Of a DNA stretch of 64,000 nucleotides, positions 1 to 11,800 are shown in pieces (the first letter of the stretch is position 1; each line of letters opens with the position of its first letter). Under the pieces are notes generated by a model. It was not told the DNA's origin and made no database searches. It was given only the letters and a program-made list of their open reading frames with translations. This stretch comes from Macrostomum hystrix (taxonomy: Eukaryota; Animalia; Platyhelminthes): NCBI GenBank assembly GCA_950097015.1, contig CATNEN010000038.1:24490001-24554000 (forward strand), written 5' to 3'. The position numbers and the translations under genes were made by a program.

Positions 1-3000
1 TGACGCCACCCTCGCCTCTCAGGGCCTGATCCCTCTGATTAGGAACTGGCAGGTGTGGGACGAAGAGGAATCTCTGTCTGACCATCGCTTCATTCGTTTC
101 CGGTTGCTAAGCTCCTACTCCAAGCCTGGTATTCTGTGGAGAAGGAACGCCCGGAATACTGACTGGACGGCCTTTGCGGAATCCGTGAAGCGCCAGACCA
201 ACCAGTTAGAATCCGTTGTTCCTGCCACCTGTCAAGAAGTGGACGATCTGGCTGATCTACTCAGCATGACCATCTTGACAGCTCATGAAACCTCTTGCCC
301 TCTTAAAGCCTACAAAGGCAAAAAATCCGCTCCCTGGTGGAACCCAGCGCTTGGAACCCTCCGGCGAAAGGCCAAATCCCTCCAGCGGATTGCGCGGAAA
401 AGCAAGGACCCAGCTGACCTGACCGCCTACCAGAATGCGATTCGTGACTTTAAGCGTGACACCAGGAAAGCGAAGTCCGAAAAGTGGCGCCAATACTGCT
501 CCGAGCTGGAGGGCGCCCGCCCAACTTCTCGCGTTGTAAAAGCGCTCACTCTTGACAAAATGTCGAAGCTCTCAGTGATCAAAAGACCGGACGGCCGGCT
601 TGCTGAGAATCCTGGCGAATCGCTGGACATCATGCTCGCCAGCGCCTTCCCCCAGACTGCGCCGCTTCAGGACCCGCCGGACCACACTCCGGGTGGACAC
701 ATCCTTGCGACAACTATTTTCACTAGAGAACGGACAGCTCGCGCTGCTAACTCCTTCTCGCCTTTTAAGTCGCCTGGACCTGACAACATTTACCCCGCCT
801 TCTTACATGAAGCGGTAAAAAATGACAGGTTCCTCGGCCTCCTTTGCAACCTGTTCAAGGCCTGTATCACCCTCGGGTACGTACCCAGGTCTTGGCAGGA
901 AGCCACTATCGTCTTCATCCCCAAACCTGGGAAGGGAGACTACCACTCCGCCAAAGCCTTCCGCCCCATCAGCTTAACATCTTTCTTTCTTAAGCTGCTT
1001 GAAAGGCTTGTTCTTTGGCGCCTCCTTCACGTTGAGCTGAGGAACTCCCCGCTCTCCGCCAACCAGCACGCCTTTCGATCCGGACGTTCCATCGAAAGTG
1101 CTCTGCATGCCATTGTCGACAAGCTGGAGCGCGCCGTGCTTGGCACCGGTTTTGCTCTCTCGCTTTTCCTCGACATTGATGGTGCCTTCGACAATGTGCT
1201 CTTCGGAGCCTTTAGGCGAGCCCTGGAACGCCGGGCTACGCACGAGCACCTCACCCGCTGGATCATGTATATGATCTCTCACCGAACTGCCACCTCGCAC
1301 CTGCTTGGACACTCCCGTTCTGTGAATGTCCAGAAGGGAGGCCCGCAGGGTGGCGTTCTCAGTCCGATCCTTTGGAACCTTGTCATGGACGAACTGCTCT
1401 GCAGCCCTGACCCGGACCCGGTCCAAAAAATCGGCTATGCTGACGACGTCACCGCCACCGTGGCCGGACCGTCTCCCCCGGTCCTTAGAGACCTTCTGCA
1501 AGCTTTCATCCACCGTGCCGAACGCTGGGCCAATGGCTGCGGCCTCAAACTCTCTGAGTCCAAGACCGTCGCCATTATGTTCACCAGCAAACGAAACTGG
1601 AGGATTGAGCCTCTCCTTCTCTATAACAAACCAATCGCCATGGAGAAGCAAACCAGATGCTTAGGTGTCATCCTCGACCACAGGTTGAGCTGGACACCTC
1701 ACGTCAAATTCAAAACCCGTAAAGCTCTTGCGACGCTCGCGCAGATTCGCAGAGCCTTCGGCGCCACCTGGGGCCTCACCCCCCGCCGTCTCTGGTGGAT
1801 TTACACTACCATTGTAAGACCGGCCATCTCTTTTGCCGGCTTCATCTGGAATAGTGCCCTGGAGACCAAAGGGGTCCTGGAGGCCCTAAACAAGGTGCAG
1901 GGCCGTGCTTGTCGAGCCATCATGAGTGCGGCACCCTCCACTCCCTTCGCTGGCATGAATGCCTTCCTGGACCTTCCCCCTTTAGATCTTTTTATCAAGG
2001 GGGAGGCGATGAAGACGGCTCGTCGTCTTCTGGACGCGGATATCTCCATCCGGAAGCAACTTGCCTTCAGCAAGCGGAACCTCCAGCCCCATGGCGACCT
2101 CAGCCTACGGGACCTGGACGCAGCAGGAGGTCTCAAAATTCTCTCCGACGGAATCCCGTCGACGCTGTGCCCACCGCAAAAATTCAAAACCAGCATTCCG
2201 CCTCGCCAGGAAGTACGTGACCACGGCCAACCCCGTGAAATTCACTGCTTCACCGACGGATCGCAAATCAACTCGGTCTCTGGTTTCGGCTACTGCATTA
2301 TGTCCGGAGGGAAAACTGTGGCGACCTTCTCCCAGCACACCGGCATAAACTCTACTGTTTTCCAGAACGAAGTTCTGGCCATCAGCTCCTGCGCCCTGGA
2401 GCTGATCTACCAAAACGTCCATGGAGCAGAAATCTTCCTCCACTCGGACAGCCAGGCGGCGATCCATGCCCTTGGACGCACGCACACCTGCTCGCGCACA
2501 GTCCTTGACTGCGTCGCGCAACTCAACCGCTTAGGGACCCACAACAAGGTGTCCCTAAGGTGGATTCCAGGGCACTCTGGCCACCCTGGTAACGAATTGG
2601 CCGACAGCCTCGCCAAGGCCGGTTCGACGGGTTCGCTTTTTGGCCCCGTGCCTGCGGTCTCCACCCCTACCGCCGTCGTCAACACTCGGATTAACCAGTG
2701 GGTGACCTCAAAGCACAAGGACAGATGGATCAATACCGCCGATTGTCGGCAGTCTCGCGCTGCTGTCCCTTGTCCCTCCACTGCCCTTCGCAAAGCCTTG
2801 CTTGGACTGAACCGCAAGGACATCAGGGCAGTCACCATGGCCCTCTCTGGCCATGGCTGTTTCGCCAGGCACCGCTTCCTGCAAGGCAAAATCCGCAGTG
2901 AGGAATGCCCCTTCTGCCTCTCCTATGTTGAGGATGCAGAGCATTTTATTTGCGACTGCCCCGCCTTCACTCAGGACCGGCTCACCTATCTCGGCCCAAA

Positions 3001-3257
3001 CCCGGATCTCCCCGAAGTTTTCAGGCCTGAGAACATCTGCCAGCTCGTCCGATACCTGAGGGCCACCGGGCGAGCAACCCTCCACCTCCTGGACACTCCG
3101 GAGGAGGACCGCGCTGCGGACGCCGGCACCACCGGATCCCCCTGCGCGACACCGCAGCTCTAGTTGCCCGTGGTCGCCAGGGGCTAGCGGAATGGGCGGC
3201 AACGCCTCCCCGCTGCATCCGGAAGATGCCCCCTGCAGCTAAGTCAAGTAAGTCAAG
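1..3257 (+). mobile_element. Non-LTR retrotransposon (I group, Loa-like), 5' part outside window; antisense in a PTPRN intron
   Basis: Uninterrupted ORF2 to 3163, a short GC-rich 3'UTR with stem potential (GTTGCC...GGCAAC; GCATC...GATGC) and a short-repeat tail TAAGTCAAGTAAGTCAAG. Confidence 0.95.
53..3163 (+). CDS. LINE ORF2 polyprotein (endonuclease C-terminus, reverse transcriptase, RNase H, CCHC finger), 5' partial
   Basis: SDHRFIRF (end of APE endonuclease); [31 protein letters not shown] (RT); [30 protein letters not shown] (RNase H); [14 protein letters not shown]. Confidence 0.95.
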   Translation: MWDEEESLSDHRFIRFRLLSSYSKPGILWRRNARNTDWTAFAESVKRQTNQLESVVPATCQEVDDLADLLSMTILTAHETSCPLKAYKGKKSAPWWNPALGTLRRKAKSLQRIARKSKDPADLTAYQNAIRDFKRDTRKAKSEKWRQYCSELEGARPTSRVVKALTLDKMSKLSVIKRPDGRLAENPGESLDIMLASAFPQTAPLQDPPDHTPGGHILATTIFTRERTARAANSFSPFKSPGPDNIYPAFLHEAVKNDRFLGLLCNLFKACITLGYVPRSWQEATIVFIPKPGKGDYHSAKAFRPISLTSFFLKLLERLVLWRLLHVELRNSPLSANQHAFRSGRSIESALHAIVDKLERAVLGTGFALSLFLDIDGAFDNVLFGAFRRALERRATHEHLTRWIMYMISHRTATSHLLGHSRSVNVQKGGPQGGVLSPILWNLVMDELLCSPDPDPVQKIGYADDVTATVAGPSPPVLRDLLQAFIHRAERWANGCGLKLSESKTVAIMFTSKRNWRIEPLLLYNKPIAMEKQTRCLGVILDHRLSWTPHVKFKTRKALATLAQIRRAFGATWGLTPRRLWWIYTTIVRPAISFAGFIWNSALETKGVLEALNKVQGRACRAIMSAAPSTPFAGMNAFLDLPPLDLFIKGEAMKTARRLLDADISIRKQLAFSKRNLQPHGDLSLRDLDAAGGLKILSDGIPSTLCPPQKFKTSIPPRQEVRDHGQPREIHCFTDGSQINSVSGFGYCIMSGGKTVATFSQHTGINSTVFQNEVLAISSCALELIYQNVHGAEIFLHSDSQAAIHALGRTHTCSRTVLDCVAQLNRLGTHNKVSLRWIPGHSGHPGNELADSLAKAGSTGSLFGPVPAVSTPTAVVNTRINQWVTSKHKDRWINTADCRQSRAAVPCPSTALRKALLGLNRKDIRAVTMALSGHGCFARHRFLQGKIRSEECPFCLSYVEDAEHFICDCPAFTQDRLTYLGPNPDLPEVFRPENICQLVRYLRATGRATLHLLDTPEEDRAADAGTTGSPCATPQL

Positions 3258-3267
3258 ACCTGCTTCA

Positions 3268-3412
3268 CTGACTGACTGACTGACTAACTGACTAATTGAC
3301 TAACTGACTGACTGACTGACTGACTGACTGACTGACTGACTGACTGACTGACTGACTGACTCACTGACTGACTGACTGACTGACTGACTGACTGACTGAC
3401 TGACTGACTGAC
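3268..3412. repeat. (ACTG)n microsatellite with leader AGACCTGCTTC
   Basis: Direct reading; same leader as the array near 8057. Confidence 0.95.
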
Positions 3413-3424
3413 CTGATCACTGAT

Positions 3425-4158
3425 CACACCATCCACATCACACCATCCACATCACACCATCCACATCACACCGTCCACATCACACCATCCACATCACACC
3501 ATCCACATCACACCTTCCACATCACACCATCCACATCACACCATCCACATCACACCATTCACATCACACCATCCACATCACACCATCCACATCACACCAT
3601 CCACATCACACCATCCACATCACACCATCCACATCACACCATCCACATCACACCGTCCACATCACACCATCCACATCACACCATCCACATCACACCTTCC
3701 ACATCACACCATCCACATCACACCATCCACATCACACCATTCACATCACACCATCCACATCACACCATCCACATCACACCATCCACATCACACCATCCAC
3801 ATCACACCATCCACATCACACCATCCACATCACACCATCCACATCACACCATCCACATCACACCATCCACATCACACCATCCACATCACACCGTCCACAT
3901 CACACCATCCACATCACACCATCCACATCACACCTTCCACATCACACCATCCACATCACACCATCCACATCACACCATTCACATCACACCATCCACATCA
4001 CACCATCCACATCACACCATCCACATCACACCATCCACATCACACCATCCACATCACACCATCCACATCACACCGTCCACATCACACCATCCACATCACA
4101 CTATCCACATCACACCATCCACATCACACCATCCACATCACACCTTCCACATCCACAT
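3425..4158. repeat. 14-bp minisatellite (CACACCATCCACAT)n with higher-order structure
   Basis: The CCGTCC variant recurs at about 3471, 3653, 3891 and 4073. Confidence 0.95.
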
Positions 4159-4159
4159 C

Positions 4160-4378
4160 GGCAAGAAGGCTTGGGGGCTTGTCGTGAAATTTACGCCCTT
4201 GAGGACCAACCTCCAAGTTTACACTGCCTGGCGATGAGAAAGTCAGGGCAGATGTACACACCTGTGTGCGTGTGTGCTCAGGAGTCAGCAAAATGGGCAG
4301 AATTGTCTCCTCGCTGGCTGCGGGTCCAGTGTCTCCTAATGATGCGCCATTGCCCGCAGCCCTCTGCATAATCATTTG
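4160..4378 (+). mobile_element. SINE family 2, 5'-truncated copy
   Basis: Matches 51342-51712 and, reversed, 28870-29143 (GATGAGAAAGTCAGGGCAGATGTACACAC core). Confidence 0.8.
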
Positions 4379-4391
4379 TTTTGCAACTCAC

Positions 4392-7300
4392 TTGCAGTGA
4401 ATCACCAGGGGCGAAGACCTTCCTTTGTAGGATTTGTTTACCTTGCTGGAACAAAAGTAATATGTTGAATTAATTTCTAGTTCATTTTCAAAAGCAAATG
4501 ATCTTGAGTAGATTTTGACACAACCAGGAGGCAAAATCTCACCGCCTGAAGTCCAACAGTGACTTGGCACTGGGTGGCAACTCATCTTCAGCCCAGGTCA
4601 GGAAGTGGAACATCGTGACCGTGCGAGCTTCGCCATTGGCCAGATTCTTCAGGTAGAAATTGCGAACCACAAAGTCCTCGCACCAGATGTGCTCCGACAC
4701 TAGATGTACCTGCCATCGGCGAATCAGTTCAGTGAGGGTTCATCTCATCTCTCACCTGTCTCATCTCTCCCCTGTCGCATCTCTCACCTGTCTCATCTCT
4801 CCCCTGTCGCATCTCTCACCTGTCTCATCTCTCCCCTGTCTCATCTCTCCCGTGTCTCATCTCTCCCTTGTCTCATCTCTCCCGTGTCTCATCTCTCCCG
4901 TGTCTCATCTCTCCCGTGTCTCAACTCTCCCGTGTCTCATCTCTCCCGTCGTGTCTCATCTCTCCCGTGTCTCATCTCTCCCGTGTCTCATCTCTCCCGT
5001 GTCTCATCTCTCCCGTGTCTCATCTCTCCCGTGTCTCATCTCTCCCGTGTCTCAACTCTCCCGTGTCTCAACTCTCCCGTGTCTCATCTCTCCCGTCGTG
5101 TCTCATCTCTCCCGTGTCTCATCTCTCCCGTGTCTCATCTCTCCCTTGTCTCATATCTCTCCCGTGTCTCATCTCTCCCGTGTCTCATCTCTTCCGTGTC
5201 TCATCTCTCTCCAGTCTCATTTCTCCCCTGCCTCATCTCTCCTCTATCTAATGCCTCCCTAGTCTCATCTCTTCTTTATCTCAAATATTTTCTGTCAATA
5301 CGTCCCGCTGTCGTCTCTGAGATTCTCTCTTTGATAAGCGAAGCAAACGAGTTGTTTTCCTGATCAAATCGAAAGCAAAGCACACAGTAAACCTACCTCA
5401 AAGCGATGAAACAGACTCGATCCCTCACTAGGCCAATATTGGGCGCACAGTTCGCGATTTCCGTCCGCAGACATTTGCCCAGTCAAGTTGACGATGGTGG
5501 CAGCGCCGCATTCCCAAACCATCTGCCAGAAATCGTTGGCGGTGTCATCCGACGGACCCTGAGTGAGGATGTAGGCCTTCACTTTTGGATCGGAATCTGA
5601 GATGCTGCTGGCATTGATGTAGTCACTTCCGGTGGCGTTCTGGTCCTTGCGCAGAATAACCCGCGAGTGATCGTCTGCGTGAAGTTTTTTTTAGCTGGAT
5701 ATGATTAGCGACAGGATGTGTTATGTCACATAGCTCTGACATATGTAACTTGCATATTAGTTCCCGGTTTTCTCGCTGGGGGTGAATGCTAGTGTTATGC
5801 TGATATTTGAGTGTTGTGCTATGTGCTATTTTAACGCTTGAAGGACCAGTTTGTGTTTGAAGGACCAGTGTGTGTTTGAAGGACTAGTGTGTGTTTGAAG
5901 GACTAGTGTGTGTTTGAAGGACCAGTGTGTGATTGAAGGACTAGTGTGTGTTTGAAGGACCAGTGTGTGTTTGAAGGACCAGTGTGTGTTTGAAGGACTA
6001 GTGTGTGTTTGAAGGACCAGTGTGTGTTTGAAGGACCAGTGTGTGTTTGAAGGACTAGTGTGTGTTTGAAGGACTAGTGTGTGTTTGAAGGACCAGTGTG
6101 TGTTTGAAGGACCAGTGTGTGTTTGAAGTACCAGTGTGTGTTTGAAGGACCAGTGTGTGTTTGAAGGACCAGTGTGTGTTTGAAGGACCAGTGTGTGATT
6201 GAAGGACCAGTGTGTGTTTGAAGGACCAGTGTGTGTTTGAAGGACCAGTGTGTGTTTGAAGGACTAGTGTGTGTTTGAAGGACTAGTGTGTGTTTGAAGG
6301 ACCAGTGTGTGTTTGAAGGACCAGTGCGTGTTTGAAGGACCAGTGTGTATATATTTAATGGTCCAGTGTTAACATTTTTGGTACAAAAGTAAGCCTTAAA
6401 ATACTAACATGGCAGAAGGTCCGGGTATCGATTCTTGGCGGCATTCTCAGGCTGAGCAGCCGCAGCAGAGCTGCTCTGATCCGCTTCGTAGCTGCAGAGG
6501 CCGGCCCACTCCTGTTCCAGCTTCTCCTTGTTGCTCAGGTAGTCCTCCATGTAGGTCTGAAGTGCGGTAATAAGGTGCTTGATTGAGTGGAGCATTGGTC
6601 ATTCCATCGGTAGGTAGAGTGGGGGATTGATCATTCCATCGGTAGGTAAAGTGGGGGATTGGTCATTCCATCGGTAGGTAGAGTGGAGTATTGGTCATTC
6701 CATCGGTAGGTAAAGTGGGGCATTGGTCATTCCATCGGTAGGTAAAGTGGGGCATTGGTCATTCCACCGGTAGGTAAAGTGGGGGATTGGTCATTCCATC
6801 GGTAGGTAAAGTGGGGGATTGGTCATTCCATCGGTAGGTATAGTGGGGGATTGGTCATTCCATCGGTAGGTAAAGTGGGGCATTGGTCATTCCATCGGTA
6901 GGTAAAGTGGGGGATTGGTCATTCCATCGGTAGGTAAAGTGGGGGATTGGTCATTCCATCGGTAGGTAAAGTGGGGGATTGGTCATTCCATCGGTAGGTA
7001 AAGTGGGGGATTGGTCATTCCATCGGTAGGTATTGTGGGGGATTGGTCATTCCATCGGTAGGTAAAGTGGGGCATTGGTCATTCCATCGGTAGGTAAAGT
7101 GGGGGATTGGTCATTCCATCGGTAGGTAAAGTGGGGGATTGGTCATTCCATCGGTAGGTAAAGTGGGGGATTGGTCATTCCATCGGTAGGTATAGTGGGG
7201 GATTGGTCATTCCACCGGTAGGTAAAGTGGGGGATTGGTCATTCCATCGGTAGGTAAAGTGGGGGATTGGTCATTCCATCGGTAGGTAGAGTGGAGTATT

Positions 7301-8369
7301 GGTCATTCCATCGGTGGGTAGAGTGGAGTATTGGTTATTCCATCTGTGGGTAGAGTGGAGTATTGGTCATTTTATAGCTTAATAGATTAGTCATACATTC
7401 CAGTAGGCAAATATTGTAGCAGTAACACAAAGAGGATGCTCACAAGAATCAGATGACCAGTTGTGATATCCATGTCAGTTGTAATCGGGTCGTCAGTCCT
7501 GTTGGGGAGCGGTGGATATCTTATATTTTTATTCAAAGATTATAATAAATGCTGTATCTAAAACATAGTTTAGTGCTACGCACAAGCCAGTTTTGTCACC
7601 GGGTCTAAAAATATATCTGGACCATTTTGACTGCTCAGTGTATGGTTCGCGATTGCTGCTGCTGCTGCTGCTTGTGCTGCTGCTGCTGCTGCTAATGAGC
7701 AGATTTCCAAGATGGCTTGCCCCGGACTCAGCTAACCATTTCAACATTATAGACATACTTTTTTTGCTTTTGGTTTTTAGTTACACTACTCAAAATTGGA
7801 CTGGTTTATTGTTAGTTAAATGATAAGTGAAAGCTGACCCTAGCGCTATTTATTGAGAGAAGCAAGAGTAGAAATTGGAGATGTGTGTGAAATGCGAGAA
7901 ATTTCCACAACCTCCTATCAGCAAAGCCAACCAATTGGAAAATTTCATAACCAGTGGCTATGGGGTTTATGTGAGAATTTTATATCGTCGGGCCATAGCC
8001 CGTACCAGAGGTCATTCTAGTGTACACTCAAAACTGTAGTATTTTAAGATTTCACAGACCTGCTTCACTGACTGACTGACTGACTGACTGACTGACTGAC
8101 TGACTGACTGACTGACTGACTGACTCACTGACTAACTGACTGACTGACTGACTGACTGACTGACTAACTGACTGACTGACTGACTGTCTGACTGACTGAC
8201 TGACTGACTGACTAACTGACTGACTGACTGACTGACTGACTGACTGACTGACTGACTGACTGTCTGACTGACTGACTGACTGACTGACTAACTGACTGAC
8301 TGACTGACTGTCTGTCTGACTGACTGACTGACTGACTGACTAACTGACTGACTGACTGACTGACTGACT

Positions 8370-8420
<51 letters not shown>

Positions 8421-8581
8421 TGACTGACTAACTGACTGACTGACTGACTGTCTGACTGACTGACTGACTGACTGACTAACTGACTGACTGACTGACTGAC
8501 TGACTGACTGACTGACTGACTGACTGTCTGACTGACTGACTGACTGACTGACTAACTGACTGACTGACTGACTGACTGACT

Positions 8582-8632
<51 letters not shown>

Positions 8633-8650
8633 TGACTGACTCACTGACTA

Positions 8651-8696
<46 letters not shown>

Positions 8697-8790
8697 TGAC
8701 TGACTAACTGACTGACTGACTGACTGACTGACTGACTGACTGACTGACTGACTGACTCACTGACTAACTGACTAACTGACTGACTGACTC

Positions 8791-8824
<34 letters not shown>

Positions 8825-11800
8825 TGACTAACTGACTGACTGACTAACTGACTGACTGACTGACTGACTGACTGACTGACTGACTGACTGACTGACTGAC
8901 TGACTGACTGACTGACTGACTGACTGACTGACTGACTGACTAACTTACTGACTGACTGACTGACTGACTGACTGACTGACTGACTGACTGACTGACTAAC
9001 TGACTGACTGACTAACTGACTGACTGACTAACTGACTGACTGACTGACTGACTGACTGACTGACTTACTCGAATATTTCTAGTCCCTCGATTTCCCCGTC
9101 AAAGCAATAAGTGCATTTCAAATCATGATTTGGATTTCCCCAATCACAAGCCTCGCTAGAAACTTCCCATATAGCTTTCATAAAAGTGCATAAGTGCAGT
9201 TTGAATTGTTTCACAAGTGGCCTTATAAATTTGGGTGGTCAACTTGGCAACAATTAATAATAAAAACTATTGACTTTATTTCTAAAAAAAATTTAAAACT
9301 TCAAGCTAGACTTTGGATTACACGAGAAGTGCCCGGTCATCAGGTGTTGAATCCACGTTTTGAGAACTGCATCTTATGAGGCACTCAAAATTTTCTTCAT
9401 TTCATTTCTGCACCTGATTTATTTCGAAAGATATAAATCCATAACCTTTTGCCTCATTAGGTTCAGCACGAACTGAATTTTAAATTGTAAACAAAACTGT
9501 AACGTAGACTGTCACTCTTAGTCAATTTCGGGCAATCATATTTTATAAAACGCATAAATTACGAGCGTTTTTGTGCTACTTTGAAATCCACCTTTTGCCT
9601 TTATTCCCGAAATCCAAAAAATTCAGTTCGATTCGTTCTATACTTTTCACTCAAATCCTCGCCTAATTCTCCCCTGAAATCCTCGCCTAATTCTCCCATC
9701 AAATCCTTCACTAATTCTCCCCTCAAATCCTCGCCTAATTCTCCCCTCAAATCCTCGCCTAATTCTCCCCTCAAATCCTCGCCTAATTCTCCCCTCAAAT
9801 CCTCGCCTAATTCTCCCATCAAATCCTCGCCTAATTCTCCCCTCAAATCCTCGCCTAATTCTTCCCTCAAACCCTCGCTTAATTATTCCCTCAAATCCTT
9901 GCCTAATTCTCCCCTCAAATCCTTGCTTTATTCTCCCCTCAAATCCTCGCCTAATTCTCCCCTCAAATCCTTGCTTAATTCTCCCCTCAAATCCTTGCTT
10001 AATTCTCCCCTCAAATCCTTGCTTAATTCTCCCCTCAAATCCTCGCCTAATTCTCCCCTCAAATCCTCGCCTAATTCTCCCATCAAATCCTCGCCTAATT
10101 CTCCCATCAAATCCTTGCTTAATTCTCCCCTCAAATCCTCGCCTAATTCTCCCCTCAAATCCTCGCCTAATTCTCCCCTTAAATCCTCGCTTAATTCTCC
10201 CCTTAAATCCTCGCCTAATTCTCCCCTCAAACACTCGCTTAATTCTCCCCTCAAATCCTTGCTTAATTCTCCCCTCAAATCCTCGCCTAATTCTTCCCTC
10301 AAACCCTCGCTTAATTATTCCCTCAAATCCTTGCCTAATTCTCCCCTCAAATCCTTGCTCAATTCTCCCCTCAAATCCTCGTCTAATTCTCCCCTCAAAT
10401 CCTCGCCTAATTCTCCCCTCAAATCCTCGCTTAATTCTCCCCTTAAATCCTCGCTTAATTCTCCCCTTAAATCCTCGCCTAATTCTCCCCTCAAATCCTC
10501 GCCTAATTCTCCCCTTAAATCCTCGCTTAATTCTCCCCTTAAATCCTCGCCTAATTCTCCCCTTAAATCCTTCACTAATTCCCCCCTTAAATCCTCGCCT
10601 AAGTCTCCCCTCAGATCCTTGCTTAATTCTCCCCATTAATCCTCGCCTAATTCTCCCCTCCAATCCTCCCCTAATGTCCCCTTAAATTCGCCTTATTTTT
10701 TCTCTCAAATCCAAACCCAATTTTTTCTCGAATCCTTCCCTAACTTCCAATCAAGTCCAATAAATTATCCCAGCTGAATGTCCCGAACATCCTCGGCACC
10801 CACCAAGAGCCAGTCGAGCTGTTCGGCGACCCGGCGCCAGGCTTGGCGGCGCCGATTTGCTGAGCCGCGGCAGACACCGGCTCGCGCTGTTCGCCAGACT
10901 TCTGCGTCATCCGCTGTCGGCACAGGTCCCTGTAGTCGGAGTCACCGCCGGGGCCAGACGGTGCCACGAAGTCGCGCAGGCGCCATTTCGACGAGCGAAC
11001 TCGCTGGACTAGGAAGACCACGAATAAAGCGGCGATCATGAGTAGAACTAGTCCGCACACCAGCAGGGTGCTGGTGATGCGAGCCTGCTGGCCTGCGTCC
11101 GTCACCAGCTCCGATGCTTCCACACGATTTTGCTGAATCATTTCATGGACAGGGGAACAGTAATTTTCCATGTTTAGTTTGTTTCCATTGATAGGGGTGT
11201 CTGTTAGGATAAGATGCCTCTTCTGGGTGGGAAGGGTGTCTAATTGGGTGGGAATGGTGTCTATTTATCTGAGAAAAGGTGTCTATTTATCTGGGAAAGG
11301 TGTCTATTTATCTGGGAAAGGTGTCTATTTATCTGGGAAAGGTGTCTATTTATCTGGGAAAGGTGTCTATTTATCTGGGAATGGTGTCTATTTATCTGGG
11401 AAAGGTGTCTATTTATCTGGGAAAGGTGTCTATTTATCTGGGAAAGGTGTCTATTTATCTGGGAAATGTGTCTATTTATCTGGGAAATGTGTCTATTTAT
11501 CTGGGAAAGGTGTCTCTTTATCTGGGAAATGTGTCTATTTATCTGGGAAAGGTGTCTATTTATCTGGGAATGGTGTCTATTTATCTGGGAAATGTGTCTA
11601 TTTATCTGGGAAAGGTGTCTATTTATCTGGGAAATGTGTCTATTTATCTGGGAAATGTGTCTATTTATCTGGGAAATGTGTCTATTTATCTGGGAAAGGT
11701 GTCTCTTTATCTGGGAAATGTGTCTATTTATCTGGGAAAGGTGTCTATTTATCTGGGAATGGTGTCTATTTATCTGGGAATGGTGTCTATTTATCTGGGA

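Noticed and set aside
257-3218. Many short alternative-frame and antisense ORFs over the LINE
   Set aside because: Shadow ORFs of GC-rich coding sequence with no recognisable motifs.
7529-7823. Poly-Leu / poly-Ser ORFs
   Set aside because: A short CTG microsatellite in an intron; flanking PTPRN exons join in frame without it.
9581-10663. KSSPNSPL and GRIRRGFE repeat ORFs resembling CTD/KSP or RG-rich proteins
   Set aside because: They come from a 24-bp minisatellite open in several frames, with no unique flanking coding sequence.
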